Assembly: GCA_002382495.1 (NCBI GenBank)
Contig: DFXW01000041.1
Coordinates: forward strand, 158,943 to 222,942
Direction of reading: 5' to 3'
DNA length: 64,000 bases
DNA from: Flavobacterium sp. UBA4098
GTDB taxonomy: Bacteria; Bacteroidota; Bacteroidia; Flavobacteriales; Flavobacteriaceae
The notes below the pieces were generated by a model. It searched no databases, was not told the DNA's origin, and saw only the letters and a program-made list of their open reading frames with translations. Made by a program: the position numbers and the translations under genes. Shown here in pieces: positions 20,711 to 31,321 of this stretch; the stretch's first letter is position 1; every line of letters begins with the position of its first letter.

Positions 20711-22057
20711 TTAGTTCTTTGTTGTTATTTTTTCTAAAGAGGCTTTTTTATTGATTACATCAAGCATTGCTTGTAAATAATTTTGTTGTGTGGAATACAA
20801 TTGGCGTTGTGCTTCACTTAAATCAAAACTAGACGACAAACCTTCTTTCAATTTGATTTGTTGTTTGTTTTCGATTCGTTCTGCCAATGTTAAGCTGCTT
20901 TTTGTGGTGTTCAGTTGTTCTAAACTGTATTCGTAATCGCTTTTGGCTTTCTCAAATTGTAGTTTTAAACCTTGCTCCACTTGTTGCATTTGTGTTTTGG
21001 CTTGTTCCAATGCGATTTTAGCTTGTTGTGTTCGAGCACTTCTTCCTAAGCTACTAAAAACGGGCACGTTTAAACTAACTCCAACATTAGCAAAATTCAA
21101 CCATTTTTGATTGTTGGTAAAAAACTGAAATTGGTTCCCAAAAGCATTATAACCAATATTGTATGCTGCTCCTAAAGAAGGAAGTGCATTACTTTTTTCC
21201 AATAAAAGCAATAATTTTTTACTTTGAACAAGGTTCTCTTGAATTTTGAAATCAATAGAATTTTCTACTTGAAAAGGAGTTGTAGTTAATTCAAAATTGA
21301 TATTATTTAGGGCAAGATTGTTTAGGTTTTCAGTCAAAATTAACTCTTTCTCTATGGTAATTCCAAGTATCAATTTCAACATATTGGTAGCAATTACCTT
21401 TTGTCTTTTGATGTTTTCTTGAGCACTTTTAATCGTAGTCAAGGTAATTTGAAGTTGTTCTACATTTTCTTCTTCGATCAAGCCATTCTTGAAAATTTGG
21501 TTGGTTTCATTTAAGGTTTTCTCCAAATTTATTTTATTTTTTTCCAAAATAGCAATACTCTCATTGGCTAGCAAAACATTGCCATAAGAATTGATTACCA
21601 TTTCTCGAATCTCTTGATTGGTTTTTACCTTGGCATTTTCTGAAATTTGCAAATACACTTTTGCGGATTGTAAACCAACCAAATAGGAACCATTGAAAAG
21701 GAGCTGACTTACTGTTGCGCTACCCAACATATTGTGTTTGGTTCCAAAAGCTACTTCGGCAAATTCTCCTTTTGTTCCTCCAAAAAATTCAGCAGGAATC
21801 AAAGATTTTTGCAATTCAATATTGTTTTGGTATCCAAGCGACGCATTGATTTGTGGTAAACCAATAGTAGTCGTTTCCCATTTTTTCTTTTTTGCCGCTT
21901 CAATATCTCTACTGGCATTAATTGCGGAGTAATTGTTTTTTAGAGCGTGATCAATAGCTTCGTTTAAGCTAAAAGAATACGATTCTTTGGGGGTGTTAGT
22001 TTGTGCGTGCAACACAATACTAAAGGTTAAGAGGACAATTAATTGGATTTTCTTCAT
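20711..22057 (-). CDS. TolC-family outer membrane efflux protein
   Basis: Signal peptide, SLNEAIDHALKNN and coiled-coil repeats; efflux operon context. Confidence 0.88.
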   Translation of the reverse strand: MKKIQLIVLLTFSIVLHAQTNTPKESYSFSLNEAIDHALKNNYSAINASRDIEAAKKKKWETTTIGLPQINASLGYQNNIELQKSLIPAEFFGGTKGEFAEVAFGTKHNMLGSATVSQLLFNGSYLVGLQSAKVYLQISENAKVKTNQEIREMVINSYGNVLLANESIAILEKNKINLEKTLNETNQIFKNGLIEEENVEQLQITLTTIKSAQENIKRQKVIATNMLKLILGITIEKELILTENLNNLALNNINFELTTTPFQVENSIDFKIQENLVQSKKLLLLLEKSNALPSLGAAYNIGYNAFGNQFQFFTNNQKWLNFANVGVSLNVPVFSSLGRSARTQQAKIALEQAKTQMQQVEQGLKLQFEKAKSDYEYSLEQLNTTKSSLTLAERIENKQQIKLKEGLSSSFDLSEAQRQLYSTQQNYLQAMLDVINKKASLEKITTKN

Positions 22058-22064
22058 TGTATGA

Positions 22065-22661
22065 TTAGGATTGATTTGAAATTATGTATTTGTCTAATTC
22101 TTGGAGTCCTTTGGGAGTTGCCATAGCTCTAATGTGGTATTCTAAGGCTTCTAATTCTAATTTTTTAGCTTTTTTTTCTGAGCTTGTATTTTCATTAATT
22201 GTGAAAATCAGTGCATAATAAAAGTAGACATAACTCGACACGTTTATGGTGTCTCGGTACAAACCTTCTTGGATTCCTTTTTCAATATTTTGTTTGAATA
22301 AGGTAGTACATTCTGACTGCAATTTCTCAGTTAATTTTTCATGAATTTCGGGATAGTGTTTTTTTAATTGATACGAAGGAGAGGTTTCAATAGAAACAAA
22401 CATTTCTTTTATCATTTTAACGATCTCGAAATTTTCTTTTATTGCATTATGCTTTTTAGCTACAATTTCATCTATAGTACTATAAATAGTGTGAGTAATT
22501 GCATCGGTTGTTTCGGCAATTAATAGTTCTTTGTTACAAAAATACTTGTAGATGGTTTTTTTAGAAATACACATTTCATTGGCAATATCATCCATAGTAA
22601 CGCTTTTGAAACCAAGTTTCAAAAAGAGATGGGTTGCTTTTGCAATGATTTTTTCTTTCAT
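22065..22661 (-). CDS. TetR/AcrR family regulator
   Basis: N-terminal HTH GFKSVTMDDIANEMCISKKTIYKYFCNKE; likely start MKEKII. Confidence 0.92.
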   Translation of the reverse strand: MKEKIIAKATHLFLKLGFKSVTMDDIANEMCISKKTIYKYFCNKELLIAETTDAITHTIYSTIDEIVAKKHNAIKENFEIVKMIKEMFVSIETSPSYQLKKHYPEIHEKLTEKLQSECTTLFKQNIEKGIQEGLYRDTINVSSYVYFYYALIFTINENTSSEKKAKKLELEALEYHIRAMATPKGLQELDKYIISNQS

Positions 22662-22679
22662 AATTTTTTTAAAGTGGTG

Positions 22680-22720
22680 CAAATTTAGGAAAGGAAACTT
22701 TGAATACCAAAAAAGTTTCC
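22680..22720 (-). promoter_or_regulatory. TetR operon promoter with overlapping inverted-repeat operator
   Basis: TAAATTTG at 22687-22680, TTG at 22710-22708; GGAAACTTT-N10-AAAGTTTCC at 22693-22720. Confidence 0.65.
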
Positions 22721-22841
22721 ATTGTTTTTACTAATAGTATTATTGAAAAGAGGTATTCTATAAATCTACCACTTTTTTGGGACAAATTATTCGAATGGGA
22801 ATTGTATATTTGGAACTTTGTAAACAAGAATTAAACTAGCT

Positions 22842-23816
22842 ATGCATTCCATTCAACAGTATCAAGAATTTGTTTTGGATTTTCTTAATGCACAACCCCA
22901 AGTGCGTGAGCCTAAAAATTTATACGAACCTATACAGTATATATTAGGACTTGGTGGAAAAAAAATAAGACCCGTACTTACATTAATGAGTGCCGAAATT
23001 TTTGATGCCGATTATTCAAAAGCACTTCCAGCAGCATTAGCAGTAGAAGTTTTTCATAATTTTTCGTTAGTGCATGACGACATTATGGATGATGCGCCTT
23101 TGCGAAGAGGAAATGTAACAGTGCATGAAAAATGGAATATTAACACTGGAATCCTTTCAGGAGATGCCATGTTGATTTTGGCTTACCAATATTTTGAGCA
23201 ATACGAACCTGCTATTTTTAGAGAATTAGCCAAGTTGTTTAGCAAGACCGCTTTGGAGGTTTGTGAAGGTCAGCAATGGGATGTGGATTTTGAAACCCGT
23301 TCCGATGTTACTATACCTGAGTATTTGAAAATGATTGAATACAAAACGGCAGTTTTGGTTGCAGCAGCCATGAAAATGGGGGCCATAGTTGCTGAAACTT
23401 CAGTTGAAAATGGCGAATTAATATACGACTTTGGATTGAATTTAGGTTTGGCGTTCCAATTGCAAGACGATTATTTGGATGCGTTTGGTAATCCAGCCAC
23501 TTTTGGAAAACAAATTGGTGGCGACATCATTGAAAATAAAAAGACCTATCTGTATCTTAAAGCGATTGAATTTGCTTCGGCAGAAGAGAAAGCCAAATTA
23601 TTGCAGTTATTTTCAGTTTCTCTCGATGAAAACGAAAGTAAAATTGAAGAGGTGAAATCTATTTTCAACAGCTCAGGCGCCTCGAGTGCTACACAACAGG
23701 CCATTCAAGACTACACTTTAAAAGCATTTGCTACCTTAGATAAAATGAATATTAGCTCCGATAAAAAAGCCATGTTGCAATCGTTTGGAGAGAATTTAAT
23801 GAATCGAAATGTCTAA
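22842..23816 (+). CDS. Polyprenyl diphosphate synthase (IspA/GGPPS family)
   Basis: GGKKIRP, HDDIMDDAPLRRG (FARM) and FQLQDDYLD (SARM); TATATTTG box at 22805-22812. Confidence 0.93.
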   Translation: MHSIQQYQEFVLDFLNAQPQVREPKNLYEPIQYILGLGGKKIRPVLTLMSAEIFDADYSKALPAALAVEVFHNFSLVHDDIMDDAPLRRGNVTVHEKWNINTGILSGDAMLILAYQYFEQYEPAIFRELAKLFSKTALEVCEGQQWDVDFETRSDVTIPEYLKMIEYKTAVLVAAAMKMGAIVAETSVENGELIYDFGLNLGLAFQLQDDYLDAFGNPATFGKQIGGDIIENKKTYLYLKAIEFASAEEKAKLLQLFSVSLDENESKIEEVKSIFNSSGASSATQQAIQDYTLKAFATLDKMNISSDKKAMLQSFGENLMNRNV

Positions 23817-24174
23817 TTCCAATTCGTTTATCGCGCCTTTAAATACAGAGGTATTGCTTGTTGAAGCGACAAACGAAAACTTGTACAATAATCTAATTGA
23901 CCAAATCAATAAAGATTTCAATTTAGCTAATGAATCGATCGACTTGCCTCAGGACATCCAACCAGAGGAGTTGAAAAATGAATTACACGAAAAAATTTAC
24001 CGTTTGATTCAGTATAAATTTGCTGAATATTTGAACTTACTCTATATAGTAGACGTTCCCGAAGATCAAATTAAAAAATTGGATGGTTCGGATATTGCAG
24101 AGTTAGCTAAGCAAGTTGCTTTCTTAATCTTAAAAAGAGAATGGATGAAAGTTTGGTTCAGAAATAAATACTAA
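23809..24174 (+). CDS. Hypothetical protein
   Basis: 121-aa ORF overlapping the upstream stop codon; soluble, helical-looking. Confidence 0.7.
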   Translation: MSNSNSFIAPLNTEVLLVEATNENLYNNLIDQINKDFNLANESIDLPQDIQPEELKNELHEKIYRLIQYKFAEYLNLLYIVDVPEDQIKKLDGSDIAELAKQVAFLILKREWMKVWFRNKY

Positions 24175-24175
24175 A

Positions 24176-25510
24176 CTATTCTAATTCTGATTGTAATAGT
24201 ATTTTATTCCATAATTCGTTTCCGTCTTTATCAAATAAACTCAATTTCATTTGTCTTGATTCTTTTTCTCCAGTAAAAGACAAGGTTCCAAAAACATGTT
24301 GTCCAAAAAGACTTCCTGGGACTCTATTTGCATTTGGTTCTTTGGATATTTTTTCTACAACACCATGCCCAGAGGTCAAAGGGGAAACAGTCCAATCATA
24401 TAACGAATATGTATTTGCTCTTTTTAACTCAGATAATTCTGAAAAATGTCTGTCGCCTGAAATAAATGCAACTCCTTTTATTTTATTTTCTAAAATTTCT
24501 TTTAACAAAATTTCTTTTTCGGTTTTATAGTTTTCATAGTTTTCAAATACTGCTTCAGTGTTTAGTACCTGTCCCCCAATAACAATAATTTTAAAACTCG
24601 CTTTAGACGAAACGAGAGCGTCGATAAGCCATTGAATTTGGGTTTTGCCAAGCATTATTTTATCTCCTGTGAGACGTTTGTTAGGCGATTTAAAAAAGCG
24701 ATTGTCTAACAAAAACACTTCGGCATCACTCCAATTATAGCTTGAAAACACCCCTTCTTTTTGATTGGAATCCATTCCATAAAATTTGTTCGCCCAAAAA
24801 TCTTTAAATGCTTGTTGGGTGGTATATTTATTATAAAAACCACGATCACTATCATCTGGTCCAAAATCATGGTCGTCCCAAATGGCAATATTTTGCGTGC
24901 TTGCTAACAATGGTTGCATTTCTTTGATCGATCTTGTATGAGTATAGCGATGATAAATTCCAGATTTACTGTCCCAGTCTGCTTCTCGCAAATACACATT
25001 ATCTCCTCCCCACAACATGATGTCTGGATTTTTTTTAGCAATACTTTCAAAGATAGAATAATTAGAACCATACGGTTTTCCGGGCCTATCTAAAGCGGCT
25101 TCACTAATATAAGAACAGCTGCCTAAGGCAATCGTAAAATCAGGAGCTTTTTCGCGCCACTGCCATAACTTTTTCGATGAAAATGATGTGTCATAAGGCA
25201 ATACGATTTTTTGATTATTTATAAATAAATCATAATGGTATTCTTTACCTTCTTGTAATGGGGTCAGAACAATATGATTTGTAAAATGATTGTTTTCGGA
25301 TGATTGGTAGGTTTTTGAAGAAAAAACCGCTGTTGGGGTTTCTTTTGTATAATAGTCAACTCGAATATCTGCCTTTTGAGTAGTTTGTGCCCAAATAACA
25401 GCTTCGGTCATTTCACAATAACCCACCATTGGTCCAGACTGTAGTAGGTTTTTTTGACAAAATCCATTAACAGTAACTAATACAATTAAAGTAATAAAAA
25501 TGTTTTTCAT
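24176..25510 (-). CDS. phoD: Alkaline phosphatase D (PhoD) family protein
   Basis: GSC, GDNVY, WDDHD, LDNR and SGDRH metallophosphoesterase motifs; signal peptide; TAATTTTG box at 25535-25528. Confidence 0.85.
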   Translation of the reverse strand: MKNIFITLIVLVTVNGFCQKNLLQSGPMVGYCEMTEAVIWAQTTQKADIRVDYYTKETPTAVFSSKTYQSSENNHFTNHIVLTPLQEGKEYHYDLFINNQKIVLPYDTSFSSKKLWQWREKAPDFTIALGSCSYISEAALDRPGKPYGSNYSIFESIAKKNPDIMLWGGDNVYLREADWDSKSGIYHRYTHTRSIKEMQPLLASTQNIAIWDDHDFGPDDSDRGFYNKYTTQQAFKDFWANKFYGMDSNQKEGVFSSYNWSDAEVFLLDNRFFKSPNKRLTGDKIMLGKTQIQWLIDALVSSKASFKIIVIGGQVLNTEAVFENYENYKTEKEILLKEILENKIKGVAFISGDRHFSELSELKRANTYSLYDWTVSPLTSGHGVVEKISKEPNANRVPGSLFGQHVFGTLSFTGEKESRQMKLSLFDKDGNELWNKILLQSELE

Positions 25511-25960
25511 AAGAAATTTAACTGAAACAAAATTACATTGTAAGTGTTACTAAAAGCGGTTTTTATTATTAATAAATCTAGAAATAAAATCGTATAGCAA
25601 TGCGGTTCATACTTTTATTTTATCAAATAATAAATCATAATTTGCAGCAAAGCCATTATTGCCTTGATAAAATGCTCTGACATACTCTCTATAAAGGCCA
25701 CCAGATTTCATCTGTTTCCAAAATTTATGTTGACTATTTTTGGCAAACGTTTGTGAATAGTAAAAAGGAAAAACAAAAATGAATAACTATTGACAACTAA
25801 TTTTGAATTTCAAAATGCGCTCAAAATTGATTTTTTTCATCGGTGTTTCAACAATTTTTAACAAAATTTAACGTAAAAGTAGTTAAATAATAAGGTTAAA
25901 TAGATTGGTTTATTGTACTTTTGTCAACAAATTAAACAAAAAGCATATTAATCAATAATT

Positions 25961-28732
25961 ATGGATAGGTTTTCCTTTTTAAACGCAGCTCATACCGAAT
26001 TTTTCGCTCAATTATACGATCAATATTTAGATAATCCAGACAGTGTTGAACCAAGTTGGAGAAGTTTTTTTCAAGGGTTTGATTTTGGAATGGCCACTTA
26101 CAATGAAGAAAATGCCGCAGAACAAATGGCGACCTATTCTTCAAATTCGGTTGCTTCAGGACAAGTGTCTGAAAAAGTTTTAAAAGAATTTAATGTATTA
26201 AAATTAATTGACGGATACAGAACTCGCGGGCATTTGTTTACTAAGACAAATCCTGTTCGTGACAGAAGAACCTATTCTCCAAATCTAGCGATTGAAAATT
26301 TCGGTTTGTCTGCAGCGGATTTGGATACTGTATTTGATGCCGCTAAAATTTTAGGACACCAACCGGCTACTTTAAAAGAAATCATTCGTCGTTTAGAAAA
26401 CTTATATTGCCAATCTATTGGTGTTGAATATATGTATATCCGTAAGCCAGAAGTGGTGCAATGGATTCAAGACCGATTGAATATTAATGATAATTTGCCC
26501 AACTTTAATGTGGAGCAAAAGAAAAACATCCTTGATAAATTAAATGAGGCGGTTTCATTTGAAAATTTCTTACATACTAAATATGTAGGTCAAAAACGTT
26601 TCTCTTTAGAAGGAGGAGAAAGTATCATTCCGGCTTTGGATGCTTTAATTGAAGCTGCTGCCGAAAAAGGAGTAGAGCAATTTGTAATGGGAATGGCACA
26701 CCGTGGTAGGTTGAATATCTTAGCCAATATCTTCGGCAAAGCCACTCAAGATATCTTTTCTGAATTTGATGGAAAAGATTACGACCAAGAATATTTTGAC
26801 GGTGATGTTAAATACCACTTAGGATTAACTTCAGAAAGAAAAACCAAAACAGGTAAATCTATCAATATTAATTTGGCGCCAAACCCATCTCACTTGGAGA
26901 CGGTTGGAGCGGTTATCGAAGGTATTACCCGTGCCAAACAAGACAAATATTTTCCGGACGATTTTTCAAAAGTATTGCCAATTGCCGTTCACGGGGACGC
27001 TGCAGTAGCGGGACAAGGCATTGTGTACGAGATTGTTCAAATGGCACAATTGGACGGTTACAAAACAGGAGGAACGATCCACTTAGTGATTAATAACCAA
27101 GTTGGTTTTACAACCAATTACCAAGATGCACGTTCGTCAACCTATTGTACGGATGTTGCCAAAGTGACTCTTTCGCCAGTATTACACGTGAATGCTGATG
27201 ATACCGAAGCGGTAGTTCACGCGATGTTGTTTGCCTTAGATTACAGAATGACTTTTGGAGGCGATGTATTTATCGACCTTTTAGGATATAGAAAATACGG
27301 TCATAACGAAGGAGATGAACCTCGTTTTACCCAACCCGTTTTATATAAAATCATTGCGCGTCATAAAAATCCAAGAGATATTTATGCCGAAAAATTGATT
27401 GTTGATGGTATAATCGACCAAGCTTATGTAAACAAAATTGAAAGTGATTACAAAGCTAAATTGGACGAAAACTTACAAGCTTCTCGTAAAAAAGATTTGA
27501 CAATCATCAAACCGTTTATGCAAGATGAATGGAAAGGATTTGTTCAAGTATCTGACGATGTGATGTTACAGAAAGTCGATACCACTTACGATAAGAAAAA
27601 ATTAGATGGTATTTTAGAAACTATTTCGACTTTGCCATCCGATAAAAAATTCATCAATAAAATTTCTAAAATTGTAACCGACAGAAAAACGATGTACAAC
27701 AACAATCAAATTGATTGGGGTACTGCCGAGACTTTGGCTTACGGATCGTTGTTGCAAGAAGGATATGATGTTCGTTTGTCAGGGCAAGACGTAGAAAGAG
27801 GAACTTTCTCTCACCGTCACGCTGTGGTAAAAGTAGAAGACAGTGAGGAAGAAGTAGTTCTTTTAAACTCAGTGAAAGATAAAAAAGGACAGTTTAACGC
27901 TTATAACTCTTTCCTTTCAGAATATGGTGTGTTAGGTTTTGATTACGGTTATGCTTTGACTAATCCTAATGCATTAACAATTTGGGAAGCACAATTTGGA
28001 GATTTCTCTAACGGTTGCCAAATCATGATAGACCAATACATTTCGTGTGGAGAAGACAAATGGAACAATCAAAATGGTATTGTAATGTTGTTACCTCATG
28101 GTTACGAAGGACAAGGTGCAGAGCACTCTTCGGCTAGAATGGAACGTTACTTGCAATTGTGTGCGCGTCATAATATGTATGTGGCTGATTGTACTACACC
28201 AGCTAACTTCTTCCACTTGATGAGAAGACAAATGAAAACAAAATTCCGTAAACCATTAGTAGTATTTTCTCCTAAGAGTTTGTTGCGTCACCCTTTATGT
28301 GTTTCGACTCAAGAGGAATTGGCTAACGGAAGTTTCCAAGAAACCATTGACGATACTTCGGTAGATAAATCAAAAGTGAAAACCGTAGTTTTCTGTACGG
28401 GTAAGTTCTACTATGATATTCTTGCTGAAAGAGAAAAATTAGAGCGCAATGATGTAGCTTTAGTTCGTGTCGAGCAATTATTCCCTTTGCCAACAGAACA
28501 ATTAAAGGCAATTATCGCTTCGTATCCAAACGCAGACGATTATGTTTGGGCACAAGAAGAACCTAAAAACATGGGAGCTTATAGCTTTATGTTAGTGAAC
28601 TTTGATTTGGTTCCGTGGCGTTTGGCTTCTTTAAAAAATTACTCGGCTCCAGCTTCTGGAAGTCATACTAGAGATAGAAGACGTCATGCCGATGCCATTA
28701 GAATGGTTTTTGACAAAAATTTATTTAGATAA
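25961..28732 (+). CDS. sucA: 2-oxoglutarate dehydrogenase E1
   Basis: GMAHRGRLN, HGDAAVAGQG, EAQFGDF and GQGAEHSSAR motifs; TACTTTTG box at 25916-25923. Confidence 0.97.
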   Translation: MDRFSFLNAAHTEFFAQLYDQYLDNPDSVEPSWRSFFQGFDFGMATYNEENAAEQMATYSSNSVASGQVSEKVLKEFNVLKLIDGYRTRGHLFTKTNPVRDRRTYSPNLAIENFGLSAADLDTVFDAAKILGHQPATLKEIIRRLENLYCQSIGVEYMYIRKPEVVQWIQDRLNINDNLPNFNVEQKKNILDKLNEAVSFENFLHTKYVGQKRFSLEGGESIIPALDALIEAAAEKGVEQFVMGMAHRGRLNILANIFGKATQDIFSEFDGKDYDQEYFDGDVKYHLGLTSERKTKTGKSININLAPNPSHLETVGAVIEGITRAKQDKYFPDDFSKVLPIAVHGDAAVAGQGIVYEIVQMAQLDGYKTGGTIHLVINNQVGFTTNYQDARSSTYCTDVAKVTLSPVLHVNADDTEAVVHAMLFALDYRMTFGGDVFIDLLGYRKYGHNEGDEPRFTQPVLYKIIARHKNPRDIYAEKLIVDGIIDQAYVNKIESDYKAKLDENLQASRKKDLTIIKPFMQDEWKGFVQVSDDVMLQKVDTTYDKKKLDGILETISTLPSDKKFINKISKIVTDRKTMYNNNQIDWGTAETLAYGSLLQEGYDVRLSGQDVERGTFSHRHAVVKVEDSEEEVVLLNSVKDKKGQFNAYNSFLSEYGVLGFDYGYALTNPNALTIWEAQFGDFSNGCQIMIDQYISCGEDKWNNQNGIVMLLPHGYEGQGAEHSSARMERYLQLCARHNMYVADCTTPANFFHLMRRQMKTKFRKPLVVFSPKSLLRHPLCVSTQEELANGSFQETIDDTSVDKSKVKTVVFCTGKFYYDILAEREKLERNDVALVRVEQLFPLPTEQLKAIIASYPNADDYVWAQEEPKNMGAYSFMLVNFDLVPWRLASLKNYSAPASGSHTRDRRRHADAIRMVFDKNLFR

Positions 28733-28759
28733 TATTAGACAACAATAAAATTACAAACG

Positions 28760-29983
28760 ATGATTTTAGAAATGAAAGTTCCTTCACCGGGGGAATCAAT
28801 CAAAGAAGTAGAAATTGCCACTTGGTTAGTAAAAGATGGCGATTATGTAGAAAAAGACCAAGCAATTGCTGAAGTAGATTCAGACAAAGCCACCTTAGAA
28901 TTACCAGCAGAAGCAAGCGGTGTAATTACACTTAAAGCTGAAGAAGGTGATGCCGTAGCGGTAGGTGCCGTAGTTTGTTTGATTGATACTGCTGCAGCAA
29001 AACCATCTGGTTCAGCTCCAGCTCCAGTAGCAGAAGCGCCAAAAGCAGAAGCACCAAAAGTAGAAGAGAAAAAAGCAGAAGCCCCAGCTCCTGCAGCAAC
29101 TTATGCAGCGCAAGCGCCTTCGCCAGCGGCAAGAAAAATATTAGACGAAAAAAACATCCAGCTTTCTGACATTGTTGGAACAGGTAAAGATGGTCGTATT
29201 ACTAAAGAAGATGCTGTAAATGCAGTACCTTCTATGGGAACTCCAACAGGAGGAACCCGTGGTACTGAACGAATTAAATTATCGATGTTGCGTCGTAAAG
29301 TAGCAGAACGTTTAGTAGCAGCTAAAAACGATACAGCTATGTTGACTACTTTCAACGAAGTGAACATGACTCCAATTAACAACTTGCGTAACGAATACAA
29401 AGATACGTTCAAAGCAAAACACGCAGGTGTTGGTCTAGGCTATATGTCTTTCTTTACAAAAGCAGTGACAAGAGCCTTGCAATTGTATCCTGATGTTAAC
29501 TCTATGATGGATGGAGATTACAAAGTAGCATATGATTTTTGTGATATTTCAATCGCAGTTTCTGGTCCAAAAGGATTAATGGTACCTGTAGTTCGTAATG
29601 CTGAAAACTTGACTTTCCGTGGAATTGAAGCTGAAATCAAACGTTTGGCTATCAAAGCGCGTGACGGACAAATTACAGTTGATGATATGACAGGAGGAAC
29701 ATTTACCATTACTAATGGAGGTGTTTTTGGAAGTATGTTGTCTACACCAATTATCAACCCACCACAATCAGGAATTTTAGGAATGCACAACATTATTGAG
29801 CGTCCAATTGCAGTTAATGGTAAAGTAGAAATTCACCCAATGATGTATGTGGCTCTTTCGTATGACCACAGAATTATCGACGGTCGTGAGTCTGTTGGAT
29901 TCTTAGTAGCGGTTAAAGAAGCCCTAGAAAATCCAGTTGAATTGCTTTGCGATAACAATCCTAAAAAAGCATTCGAATTATAA
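28760..29983 (+). CDS. sucB: Dihydrolipoyllysine succinyltransferase E2
   Basis: Lipoyl domain EVDSDKA, E3-binding [12 protein letters not shown] and catalytic DHRIIDG. Confidence 0.97.
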   Translation: MILEMKVPSPGESIKEVEIATWLVKDGDYVEKDQAIAEVDSDKATLELPAEASGVITLKAEEGDAVAVGAVVCLIDTAAAKPSGSAPAPVAEAPKAEAPKVEEKKAEAPAPAATYAAQAPSPAARKILDEKNIQLSDIVGTGKDGRITKEDAVNAVPSMGTPTGGTRGTERIKLSMLRRKVAERLVAAKNDTAMLTTFNEVNMTPINNLRNEYKDTFKAKHAGVGLGYMSFFTKAVTRALQLYPDVNSMMDGDYKVAYDFCDISIAVSGPKGLMVPVVRNAENLTFRGIEAEIKRLAIKARDGQITVDDMTGGTFTITNGGVFGSMLSTPIINPPQSGILGMHNIIERPIAVNGKVEIHPMMYVALSYDHRIIDGRESVGFLVAVKEALENPVELLCDNNPKKAFEL

Positions 29984-29987
29984 AATT

Positions 29988-30013
29988 GTCATTCTGAACT
30001 TGTTTCAGAATCT
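29988..30013. repeat. Single REP-like palindromic element
   Basis: GTCATTCTGAACTTGTTTCAGAATCT: (T)GTC tag plus ATTCTGAA/TTCAGAAT stem. Confidence 0.5.
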
Positions 30014-30021
30014 AACATATT

Positions 30022-30057
30022 AAATCCCAAACTCGTTCAAGAGTTTGGGATTTTTTT
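30022..30057 (+). terminator. Intrinsic terminator after sucB
   Basis: AAATCCCAAACTC/GAGTTTGGGATTT stem plus T-run. Confidence 0.88.
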
Positions 30058-30087
30058 GTTTATTTGCCTTTCCTAAAAAGTACCATT

Positions 30088-31302
30088 ATGTCATCCAATA
30101 AAAAGTCGGCCGCTATCGGATTTATATTCATTACCATGTTAATTGATATTACGGGTTGGGGAATTATTATTCCGGTGATCCCAAAATTGATTAAAGAATT
30201 AATTCATGGCGACATCAGCGAAGCTGCAAAATATGGCGGATGGTTGACTTTTGCGTATGCCATCACTCAATTTTTATTTGCTCCCTTAGTGGGGAATTTA
30301 AGTGATAAATTTGGCAGAAGACCGATTATCTTAATATCGCTTTTTGCTTTTTCAATGGATTATTTATTGTTGGCTTTTGCGCCAACGATTCAATGGTTGT
30401 TTGTTGGGCGAATTATTGCCGGATTAACGGGAGCGAGTATCACTACCGCAACCGCTTATATTGCCGATGTGAGTACGCCTGAAAACAGAGCCAAAAACTT
30501 TGGAATGATTGGAGCAGCTTTCGGATTAGGATTTATCATCGGACCAGTTATTGGAGGTTTATTAGGGCAATACGGTGCTAGAGTTCCTTTTTATGCTGCA
30601 GCTATCTTGTGCTTGTTGAACTTTTTGTATGGGTATTTCATTTTACCTGAATCCTTGGCTAAAGAAAATCGTAGAGCATTTGATATCAAACGTGCCAACC
30701 CCATTGGAGCCTTATTACATTTGAAAAAATACCCTAAATTGATTGGTTTAGTAATCGCTACTTTTTTATTGTATGTAGCGTCTCACGCCGTGCATAGCAA
30801 TTGGAGTTTCTTTACCATGTACCAATTCAATTGGGACGAGAAAATGGTAGGAATATCACTAGGTGTCATTGGACTTTTAGTAGGATTAGTTCAAGGTGGA
30901 TTAATTCGTTGGATCAATCCTAAGTTAGGCAACGAAAAAAGTATTTATGTGGGAATGGCCTTGTATACCATCGGTATGTTCTTATTTGCCACCGCCACTC
31001 AAAGTTGGATGATGTTTGTCTTTTTAATTCCGTATTGTTTGGGAGGAATTGCAGGCCCTGCCATGCAAGCCGTAATTTCAGAACAAGTGCCTGCGAATGA
31101 GCAAGGTGAAATTCAAGGAACGATGTCGAGTTTGATGAGTGCTTCAGCAATTATTGGACCGCCAATGATGTCTACCGTATTTTATTTTTTCACCCACAAC
31201 GAAGCGCCGTTTAAATTTGCAGGGGCCCCTTTTGTCTTAGCTGGATTTTTGATGTTGTTGAGTACCATAGTGGCTTATTTGTCTTTTAAAAAGCGCCACT
31301 AA
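30088..31302 (+). CDS. TCR/Tet family MFS transporter
   Basis: Motif [18 protein letters not shown] and motif [11 protein letters not shown]; likely start MSSNKK. Confidence 0.92.
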   Translation: MSSNKKSAAIGFIFITMLIDITGWGIIIPVIPKLIKELIHGDISEAAKYGGWLTFAYAITQFLFAPLVGNLSDKFGRRPIILISLFAFSMDYLLLAFAPTIQWLFVGRIIAGLTGASITTATAYIADVSTPENRAKNFGMIGAAFGLGFIIGPVIGGLLGQYGARVPFYAAAILCLLNFLYGYFILPESLAKENRRAFDIKRANPIGALLHLKKYPKLIGLVIATFLLYVASHAVHSNWSFFTMYQFNWDEKMVGISLGVIGLLVGLVQGGLIRWINPKLGNEKSIYVGMALYTIGMFLFATATQSWMMFVFLIPYCLGGIAGPAMQAVISEQVPANEQGEIQGTMSSLMSASAIIGPPMMSTVFYFFTHNEAPFKFAGAPFVLAGFLMLLSTIVAYLSFKKRH

Positions 31303-31321
31303 TTTTTATAATTTTCGATCC

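Noticed and set aside
30088-31302. Acquired tetracycline resistance gene
   Set aside because: A generic TCR/Tet-family MFS among housekeeping genes with no mobile context; substrate cannot be inferred
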